Assembly: GCA_043228905.1 (NCBI GenBank)
Contig: JBHGNT010000016.1
Location: 7,316,001-7,380,000 of the forward strand
Direction: 5' to 3'
From: Azolla caroliniana
Lineage: Eukaryota; Plantae; Polypodiophyta
DNA: 64,000 nucleotides
Of this stretch, positions 37,980 to 48,163 are shown piece after piece (the stretch's first letter is position 1; each line of letters opens with the position of its first letter). The notes beneath the pieces are model-generated. The model made no database searches, was not told the origin of the DNA, and worked only from the letters and a program-made list of their open reading frames with translations. The translations under genes and the position numbers were made by a program.

Positions 37980-40385
37980 GAGGATGAGTGAGGTTTTCAT
38001 TGTCGTCTCTTTTTCTTTGTATTGCCATTTCTCTTTCTCTGTTGGCACGATGGTTTGCATTGTAACATTGAAGTCATAAAATTAAGAGAACCTCAGTTTG
38101 AATCTTGCCATGGGCATACTTTGTATTGAAATTGGTCTTCTTTTGCCATTGCCTTGGCGGTTTACACCATAGCATCAAAGTCATAAATTTGGGAGAAATG
38201 AAGTTCAAACCCCACCATGGGCTAGGTTTCATCTCACATAATGCAATTGCTCTCTTGTAGATATCAATCTCTCTCTAGGTGATGAGGACAATGTCTTTTC
38301 TTTATCTTCTTCCCTATCTTTCACACTGTTTCGCATGAAAAACTAGTGTTTTTGCCATCATGATATTACTTGTACTATCACACATAAATTCGTTCCATAT
38401 GGTTTTGCATGAAAAATTAGTGTGCAATGACCTCTCTATTTAACTTCAACTGTGCTTAAAACAACCTTTTCTTTTCTTTTTGATATCCACTATTAAATTA
38501 CACTGTTGACAAAGATACTTCCCACTTGTGCTTTTGTCTAATAAACTTAGATAAGGCTAGATAGTTAGACAATGAGGTCTTGTGATTATGAGAAAGCTCT
38601 CAACTAATAATAAGATTAGCGAAATTTGCAACTATCACGTTTGAATTAGTTTTCGTATATACAAACTCATTCTCTTCATTTTGTTTAAAACCTGTAATTT
38701 GTAAAAGGGTTGTTCCATTTATCCTTCACTACATACATATCCTTGGGGTTGTTCCATGTATACGTCACACACACACACACACACACACACAAACATATCA
38801 AATCATAAGCTATCACAACTTTTGAAACATCCTACTCATACGTATATGCGTGTATTATTTTTTGTTGTTTCGACATGCTAAAATGCACGACACATGAAAA
38901 AATTAGGCAAGACTCAGACCCCTTGAATTTGAAAAGAAAAGAAAAGAAATTGTAAAATAGAGCGCGAGGTTTTGCCCCAAAGTATAATAATGGAAAATAA
39001 AGAGTAATTATGAAATAGATAAGACCATTGGTGGGTTTATATTCATCATTCTTTGTATAAAATGAATATTAACTCGACTCTTCATGAGACAAAGACACAA
39101 ATTAGTTTACTTCTAATTTCCTAGATGAACTCCTTAAGAGTGCACACACAAACTTTTCTGAATGTATCGATGATATAAAGCATATTTGGGTAATAAATTT
39201 CGAAAAAAAAACATACTTTTTTATGTATTTTTTGTAATCTATATAGTGAAATGGATACATATGTGTACATGCACACACATATCTATCTATCTATATCTAT
39301 AAATGAGAGAGGGCATTGTCGTCACATGCTACGATAAATGCATTGTATACATATTACTAGTTATGACTTGCATTCTTCTTAATTAATCAACACAAATGAA
39401 TCCCTCCCATAATATTTGCATTTGGTCGTGTATGACTAATTTCTTCAAATCTTTATCATATAGTTTTGAGCAAAATATTTCTTACAAAAAAATGCAATAA
39501 TCAAAGTTCTTATATAGCTTTAACATAAATGGATCACTTGATGCATTTGTGAGATCATATGTTGGGTATGCCAACAATTTGTGTCGTAGGGCATTCCAAG
39601 AACCAATAATTATTGGAAAAGTAATTCTTATTTCTTTATGATTTCCACATATTTAAATGCTATGTTCTTGCTTGTAGAATATAGCACTCAATCAACCATT
39701 TTCATAAACCCCACACTTCCATTCAACAAAGAGAACCTCAAAGAATCTCAAGTCCACAAATATAGAAGGATGATTAACAACGCTTCAAGATTTACTTGTT
39801 ATAAGGTAGATTGAAAAGGTAGATCAATGTCGATGTGCATTGAGGATTTAAAAAGGTAGATTAAATTCTTTAAAAAAATAAATTTCAATATCTAAGTAGG
39901 AAACTAGAATTTTTTTAAAGGTTCACAACATTTTCAATAAAGAAAGCTACTTTTTCTACTTAAATTATGGATAAAAGCCCAAGTTTTAGTACCTTTTTTT
40001 ATGTGCGATTTATTTTCAAGGAGAGTCATCCTTATAAATTGCTACTAACTAGGAGATTACATTTTAGATTATCGTCACGTAAATATGTGTATACCAATAC
40101 TCATTTCAACGTTTGTTTTGTTTAGGGAATGCCAACCTTATTTCCTCCCTATCCATGTTTAGGGTAAAAGTATACTATTCAAGCATTCCAACTCTTTCAA
40201 AACGGCTTTACATGCTTCATGACAATTTCAAAGGCTTCGGATAGGTGGACAAACAACCCACCCACCATTCATCATGAAAGGTTTTGAGTCCCTTACAAAG
40301 GTGGATAACCTAGAGAAATTGAAAAGAATCTATATATTTTTAGGTGGATTATTATTATTATTATTATTATTATTCATAGAATCAC

Positions 40386-40937
40386 TGTTAAGGATCTATG
40401 TATCGATGGAGTAAGCTCCTCGATGTCGTGCGGGATTCAGACCGGCGTATACCCTCTTGATGGCAAATCGGGCGGAGATGGTTGCCTCACACTCACTCAA
40501 CGATTAGTAAATGATAAAGCACGATATCTCTCTCACTCTCTCAAGCTCTCTCTCATAAACAATAGATCAATAGTATAGACAATAAGAAGCAAGAGTATGT
40601 CTATTATTAACCCTCTTTGCTAAGAGGTCTAGCACCAACAAGGAGAGAGATTAGTGTTCTCTAACTCAACACTTCACTACTCTCTCTTAAGCTCAAAGGT
40701 TTACAAGAAAGAGGAGAGGAAGCTCTAGCTCTAATCAATAGGAGATCTTTACAAATGGGAGAACCCTCACAAAGCCACTACTATGTGGTTTATATAGCTT
40801 TCACGTTTAGGGTATGGGCCTTTTACATTTGGCTGTCTCTTTGCTTTCCTTTCCTCTTGTCGTTTCCTCTTCGTACTACGTCCTTGTTGATGCGTTCTTA
40901 TTCGTGACTGGTTGTGTTGTTATCCCAACGCTTAACA
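40386..40937 (-). repeat. 3' LTR of the Athila-like element
   Basis: Direct repeat of 60566-61134. Confidence 0.95.
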
Positions 40938-40948
40938 TCTCCCCCAAC

Positions 40949-43900
40949 CTAATGAGTGCACACTCCCAAGTGCACTGTGGGAGGGGAGCTTCGGGCGTCA
41001 GGGGCGAGTAGAGTTGAGTACGGGGGTTCGTCGAGGGGCGGGTGGCGACGGAGATGATGGTGAAGATGGCGGATGTTCAGTGGTGGTAGCTGGATTTCCT
41101 GCAGTTGGTCGGTTGTTGTGAAGAAATCTTTCTTGGGGCCGGTGAGCCAGGTGCAGGTGTTGTGGCCGGCGGAGGGAGAAGGGGGGTTTCGACTAAAGCT
41201 TATGTAAGCGGGGAAAAAACCCGTGTCGATCATGGTTTCAAAATCCCGTTTGTAGGTCGCGGGGAGTATGTTGACGCGGGTCTAGAGGCCGACCAGTTGG
41301 CGGCGAGTTGGACCTTTGTTCAAATCGAAGGCGAGGCCCCACGCAGGGTGGTTGTGCCGTTGGAAGGCGGGGGCTTCGTACGGGCCAGAGTCAAGGAGAA
41401 TGAGTAGAAGTTGTAGAAAACAAAGGCTGGCTTGAATGTCGGGGTCCAGGACGTCGGGATATGTACGTAGGAATAGTCGCATGACCCGGATCATGTCGGG
41501 TTCGGTCGGGGATGTGCGCTGGGGTTGGGGGAACAACGGCCAGTTGAATTGAAGGGTGGGTAGGCGTGCCTGGGCGGCGCGAAAATTAGGCCATGGCCAA
41601 CAACGAGGAAGGGGAAAAAAGATGGGGTTGGTGCATAGCTCGGGGGGGTGGAGGGCGAGCCATTCGCGGAAGGATGTTGTGCGAACCAAGGGAGATGCCA
41701 TGGGGGCTGGGTGCCGGGAGGTTCGAGGAGGGGGTCGGCGAAGGGGTGGTGCCACCTGCGAGTGGGGGTGGCGTGTGCGGCGGCCCAAGTAGACATCTTA
41801 TCGCGGTAAACATGGGGGTAAAGGAAGACGTCGACTTGGGGTTCGAAGGCGACTTCGGGGTAATAGTTGTAGAGGCGGGTGAGGAGTATGGGGGTCTCAC
41901 AGAAGTCGAACTCCCAGGGAATGGGGGCAGCAGACTGATTGTCAAGACGAGTGTCCCAACTGGTACCACTTTCGATGCAATCAAGGGCGGTTTGGAGGCC
42001 GTGGGTAAGTTGGTAGCGGCCGTGGGAGGAGGGAGGGCGAGGGCGAGGCGGTGGTTGGGTGTGGGGTTCATCAGGTGAGTCATGGTCCCCCTCTAGGTCG
42101 ATCTCTGAGGGGGGAGAAGGGGGGTGTGGGGGTGCGAGGGTAGGAGGGCACGAGCACGAGCCTCATCGAACGTCCTGAGTTGATACTCGCGGGAAACGTC
42201 GACGTATAGGGCTAATTTCGGTATGTCGTCAGCCTCGAGGTCGGTGGGCTAGTTGAACGTGGCGTATTCGATGCTGAATATGTGAGTACGAACCCCGACG
42301 TCCCAGGCGGTTTGCCAAGCGCATATTAGCCAGAGGAAACCGAAAGGGGGTACGGAGGTCATTGTGTTTTCCAACAGGGTGCAGGTGAGGGTGTCGGCGA
42401 TGTGGTGTAAGCGCACCAGTGTTGTGAAGAGGTGGGCCAACTGGTCTTCGGTGACTTGCATCATGACATTAGAAGGGTAGGTGAAATAGATCAGGTCGGA
42501 GATGTCTAAGTCGGGGGTGAGGGCGGTGTGAAGGTAGGCCATACCTTCGAGGAACAAAATGGGGAGGTGTTGAGGGAAGAGGTCGCCGGCTGGGGGAGCA
42601 GGTTCTTCGGTGGCTTCCTGGTATAACATGAAGAGGGTGAGGGCGTGGTTGTCTTCGGGGAGTACTCGGATGAAGGTCTTCCGGTCTGGGGGTGTGGTGT
42701 CGTCAAAGAATACGCGACGCATGGCGGCTAACGATCGAAGGAGGCACGTTGCTTGGATGAGGAGGGTGCGTGGTGTGCGTGGTGCAGTGAAAAGTTCGGA
42801 GAGCAGGGAGGTCGAGGTCACGTACACCGAGAGTGCTTGGATCATATTCGGGGAGCCAACTGGGGGAAGGAGAGGGGTCTGAACGGTGGAGGGGTCCGTC
42901 GCACCGGGGGTGAGGGCATGTTCAAGGGCGGCTTTGGACGTGCGGAGTTGAAGGATGTCCTTTTCGAGGTCGGCGCATTGGCGACGGTGTTTGATGAGGA
43001 GACATCGATTGCGTTCATTGGCGACTTCGACTTGGTGGATCATATGGCGTCTTGTTCAGCCTTGAGGGTGGTGATCTCGCTCATGAGTTGGTAAGTGGTG
43101 GCCATGGCGACGGCCAAGGCCTCAGACCGTTCGGAGAGATCAGCCGTCACGATTGCGAGGCGGGCCTTGGTCAGTTGGTGTTGGGTGGTGAGGCGGACGT
43201 ACTCGGCCGAAAGTTCGGCATGTGTTTGCGCTGCGCGTTCCTAGTCGTGGTGCCAGGTTGTCCGAGCTTGTTGGAATTCGTCAGCTAGTTGTTGGTGTCA
43301 GGTTTGCGTTGTCAGGAGTTCTTGTTTGAGGAGGTCGTGGGCGGCCGCTTGGCATGCGTTGGTATGGAGGGCGCTCCGTACCTCAGCGACCAAGATCTCG
43401 TTCCGTGTAGAGGTCTCGTGTTGGTTGGTAGCGGTCTGTTGGGCCTGTGCCTAAACTTGAAGTAGGCGACGGTTCACGACGGTAGTCATCTTGAGGAGGT
43501 CGGCCACCATGTCGGTTAAGGGTTTGGGGGGGACGACGAGGGAGGGGGTAGGGTGGGTAGTAACTGCAGTGAGGGAGGTCGAGTAGGGCACGGAGGTTGG
43601 GAGGGGGGGTGGAAGAAGCAGGGTTGCCATTTGGGCAGGGGCGAGGGTGGGTTGGAGGGGAACTACCGGGGTTGCGGTCGGGGGCTGGTCGGGGGTTTCG
43701 GTGTTGGGGGCGGCGTGGCGGGCGAGTTTATGGGGTCGGGGTTGCGGGGTGTTGTCGGTGGTGGTGGACGGGAAAGGTAGGGTAGTTGTGGCTGGAGCGG
43801 GGGGAGAGGATTCATGGGGTGGAGGGGTTGGCGAGGTGGGTGGAGGCGGGGTTGGCGGGTTCCGTTGGTCGCGCAAGATTGACTCAGTGGTGCAGTTGCG

Positions 43901-44841
43901 GGAACGCGGAGTTGTGGTTGTGGTCTGATGTGACACATAGTGGAAAGTGGTGGACGAGGCCTGGATTTCGGTGGGGGTGAACTCGTGTGTCTGGAATTCC
44001 TTGACCCGATTCATGATATCCTCAGGGGTGTCGAGGTTAGCTTCGGTTGATACGTGGGTGATCGGGGGTTGTTTGTGTGCTGGTGGCTGTGCCTGTTCAC
44101 CTTGGTGTACCTGGTGTAAAAAGTCGTGTTCGGGGAGACGAAGGCGTTCGAGTTGGCCTAGGACAGTGATCTTGCGGAAGCGTTCTTGGCAGCGTACAGA
44201 GGGAGGGGCGGGGGGTCCGATGCTGAACTTTGCGCACAAGTAGCGGGTGAGGAACCACACGAAATTGACAGTCAATTTGGGCCGTGTGTGCCATTCTCGA
44301 ACCCGGTGGACAAGCTCGTGAGCCCACTGGACCGGTTGCGGATCATGTGCCCACTTGAGGTACTCACCGGTGATACGAGCGGTGGCATCGGTAGATGCGG
44401 TGTCGCCGATTTGGGCAATGGCGTTACAACGCTCGTGGAGATGGAGAGGGATTTCGGTGCCTCGTGGTGCGGAAGGGGGCGCCCTCGAGGGGTAAATGCA
44501 GCGTAGCATAAACGTCAGTTGCGGTGAACTGGAATGCGACGGGGGGGGGAGTCTACGAAAGGCTGCATATCGACGTGGCCCGTATCGGGGTTGTACCCGA
44601 TGAGGAAACGGTTGACCAATTCGGGTAGGACGCCCCACGGCCCGATCCCAAGGAAGAACTTGAGGCCAAGTCATGAGAGAGTGACGAACACGTCGGGTTC
44701 TAGGTACTTGAGCTGCGTGGCGGATGTGGGAACCCGGTAAGTACATCGGGTATTGTTGAACACCGCTGGAATGACTAAGGAACCGCACCCTGCGTCGGGG
44801 TAGTATGCGTGGAGGAGTTTGATGAATTGGGGATGCGTCAT
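40949..44841 (-). pseudogene. Extra 3' ORF region of the Athila-like element (env-position accessory ORF), with stops and frameshifts
   Basis: ATG at 44841 (MTHPQF..). Sense-strand segments 43451-44788, 42249-43043, 41282-41788 and 40949-41233 give a globular N-terminus, Pro/Thr-rich linker, coiled-coil-like region and C-terminal domain. No family recognised. Confidence 0.55.
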
Positions 44842-45004
44842 CGTTGGCAACCTGCGAGGAAAAATATTAGTATAGGTAAATGTGGTCATGAATAAGCAAG
44901 TACGTGTAGTTTCAATAGATTCCCTCGATTTTTTTTTATTTTTTATTTTTGTATTTTTTTTTGGGGTCCTAATTTCGTAGTAACGTAACAACTAAGGGTT
45001 ACGT

Positions 45005-45500
45005 GGTTTAGGAGTTGGACTCCTTGAACGACGTGTGGTTCGAGGAATTGGGCTCCTCGAACAATGCGTGGTTCGAGGAGTTGGGCTGGGTGTGGACTCC
45101 TCGAACAATGGGTAGTTCGAGGGGTTGGGCTAGGTATGGTTCGAGGGGTTGGGCCCCTCAGACATTGTGTAGTTCGAGGGGTTGGGCTAGGTATGGTTCG
45201 AGGGGTTGGGCCCCTCAGACATTGTGTAGTTCGAGGGGTTGGGCTAGGTATGGTTCGAGGGGTTGGGCCCCTCAGACATTGTGTAGTTCGAGGGGTTGGA
45301 CCCCTCAAACAACGGGTAGTTCGAGGGGTTGGGCCCCTCGAACACTGTGTAGTTCGAGAGGTTGGGCTGGGTGTGGTTCGAGGGGTTGGACTCCTCGAAC
45401 AACGGGTAGTTCGAGGGGTTGGGCCCCTCGAACATTGGGTGATTCGAGGTGTTGGGCCCCTCGAACTACCAGTTGTTCAAGGGGTTGGGTCCCTCGAACC
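45005..45500. repeat. Tandem array of 33-bp hairpin units with interspersed 24-bp half units
   Basis: Consensus GTTCGAGGGG-TTGGG-CCCCTCGAAC plus an 8-nt variable spacer; about 12 full and 4 half units. Confidence 0.9.
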
Positions 45501-46623
45501 ACAAGGTGGAGTGGGCTAGAAATGGCCAACGACGTGGGGAGGGTGAAACGACGAGGCGGCTGTCGCGGCCACCTCAGGGGTAACGAAAAAAACGCCGGGA
45601 CGGTGGGGCAGCGTGGACGGGCAACGCCACGAGGAGGGGAGGTGGCGACGGGGCAGCGGCTATGGCCGCCACGGGGGGAGTGTAGACGTAGTGTGCCGGC
45701 TATGGCGGCCACGGCTGGGAGGCCCGTAGTGTGCCAGTGACAAGAGGACGAGGACGGCGTCGTGGCGGCGGCCATGGCCCCCGCAAAGGAATGAAGGGCA
45801 GGTACAACACATGAGGGGAGTGCACTGTGGTGTGGCAAAACGAGAGAAGGGGGGGGGGGGGGGGAAGGGCCTACCCGAGGCATGGGAAAGCAAGGTGTGG
45901 AGGAGGCGAGGCGGCGACCGGGGCAGGCAATCGGTGGAGTAGGGGCGGGGATGCTGAGGGTGGGAGAAAGCAACGAACAGAGATTAGGGGGGGGGGGGGG
46001 GGGGAAGAGTGCTGCAGAGCGTGGAGTGAGAAGGGAGGGGACAAGCAGAAAGAGGAGAGCTAAAAAAGGAGGGAGGGGAGGTAGAGCAATGAAGAAGGAG
46101 AAAAGAAGAAGAAGAAGGAAAGCAAAAAAAAGAAAAAGCAAAAAGGAAAAAGAAAGATAAAAAAAACCACTCAAAAAACAAAATAAAAAATAAAAAAATA
46201 AAAAAATACATAACAAAAAATAAAATAAAATAAAATAAAATAAGGATAATAATAATCGGTATAGAAAAAATAAAATAAAATAATAAAAATCATAAAAATA
46301 AAAAAGAAAGAAACGAATAAATAAATAAATAAATACAAATCAAAATGACAATAATAGTCATTACAAATAAAGTAAATCAATAAAATAATGGTAAAGATCA
46401 TAAAACATAAAAATAAATTAATTAATTAAAAAAAAAAGAAAAAAGAAAAAAACAAAAAAAAAAATTAAATAGAAAAAAGAAAAAAAAGAAAAAACTAATA
46501 CAATTAATAGAACATAAACCACGGCAACGAGGGACAACCGACGGGGATGCGAGGTCAGGAGGGTAGGGAGGAATCGATGGAGAAGATTCGGATACCGATG
46601 ATGATGGGGGTTTGAACGGGGGT

Positions 46624-48163
46624 CTACGGGGAACGTGGTAGGGTATTGGGTAAATTAAGGGCTTTTGAGGAACCTTGAGGATGCGACTGTGGAGGGAGTG
46701 TCAATCGGGTATTGTGTGAGGTTCCGGGTTCGTGACTTTTAAGGATCCAAACCTGCAGCATGTTTGTTAAGGGGGTGGGGAGGATTTGTGAAACCTTCCT
46801 ACGGGGTGTTCGGTATCTCAGTTGTTTAGGCTTGTCGATTCCTGTGGCTTTAGCCTGGGCGGGATACCGGGCTGATGTGTGTGCTTTTCGGGTGTCCCCT
46901 ACAGGCGTGGTATGATCGCGACTGTGGAGTCGGCTTCGTTTCGGGACCCAAAAGCTAGTGGCGCCTTTGTACCAACCTTGTGCTGTTGTGAGTGTCTTTT
47001 TGACTCGCCAAATGGCGGATTCTCCAGAACGTTGTCCGTCTGCAAAAACAACGTGAACATTCACCCATTCCCGTGGTTTGGGTGTCTGTGTTCTGACGTT
47101 AACGTCGCGCTGGTCTTGGGTGGCCAGTGGGTGTTGGCGTTCGGTTTGGTTGAGTGACTCCGCGCCTTGGGGTTCATCGATGTCCCCTGTAGGCGTGGTA
47201 TGATCGCGACTGGGGAGTCGGCTTCGTTTCGGGACCCAGAAGCTAGTGGCGCCATTGTGCCAACCTTGCGGTTGTGAGTATTTTTCTGACTCGCCACATC
47301 GCACGTTCTTCATAGCGTGGGCCTTCAGCAAAAATTGCGCGGACGTTCACCCATTCTCGTGGTTTGGGTGTCTGTGTTCTATTGTTAGTGTCGCATTGGC
47401 CATGGGCGGCCAGTGGGTGTCGGTGTGTTGCTTGTTTGGGTAGCTCCACGCTTTGGGGGTCAGTGAGGACAGCGAGATGTGATTCGAGTGTTGTTGCGAG
47501 GAGGTCCTCGGACTTCAGTCCACCTCCTGTTTGAAAAGAGACGATGTGTTTGCTGGGTAATAGGAGACATTCGCTTATGAGACACCAATCTAAACCGAGG
47601 AGGCATTGTGTGTGCATCACTCCGGGTAGGAGTGCCCGAACATGGATTAAGTGCGCGCTGTATTCTGTCTTGATGTTACACCCGAAAGTTCCCAGGCAAC
47701 ATGACGTGGACCCATCGAAGCCACGGACGTTGTCGTTGCACACTTCGAGGTTTGGGCAACCTAGACTTCTCCATGTTTCGAAGGAGAAAAGGGTTAGCGA
47801 TGCTCCTGTGTCGATTACCGCCGTTAAAGGCATGTCGTCGACACAACATTGTAGTTGTATTCTTCCATCATTAGAGTTGGCCGCCCGAGCCATGGCTATC
47901 GGATGGGTGTGTCCCTGTTGCTTCAATTTTGCTTGCGTATAGCGTAGGTCGGTTTCGAGCCGGGCCATTCGGCCTTCAGAGGCTTTAAGTTTGGCCTCTA
48001 CCTCTCGTTGTCGAGCCGTGAGTAGAGCCTCGAGTGTGAGGGGTCCACAGTAACGTTTGAGCTTGCTCCCATTAATGAACCCGAGGATGTCAAAACCTTT
48101 GATCGTGCGTAGGCGACATGCTCCTGTCTTGGTAATCTCTGAAACCACATACGGGCCTCCACC
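46624..48163 (-). pseudogene. Post-integrase extension of pol: GPY motif, coiled coil, second retropepsin-like domain and two ~96-aa repeats
   Basis: KLKL*GGGPYVV..NGSKLKRY continues in the pol frame to AVIDTGASLTL (DTG at 47812-47804)..RGFDGS..LLGLDW, then EWVNV..WRV.K.LTTA.GW..GATSFWVPK twice. Confidence 0.75.

Noticed and set aside
35100-40380. Possible gene or hAT transposase relic in the AT-rich interval
   Set aside because: Only short ORFs with no convincing motif; cannot be supported by eye.
45005-45500. CRISPR-like appearance (palindromic repeats with variable spacers)
   Set aside because: Spacers are only 8 nt and related to each other, there are no cas genes, and the context is a plant retrotransposon.
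44943-46401. Long ORFs over the hairpin array and purine-rich tract
   Set aside because: They stay open because repeat units are multiples of 3 and composition is biased; there is no evidence of a real protein.
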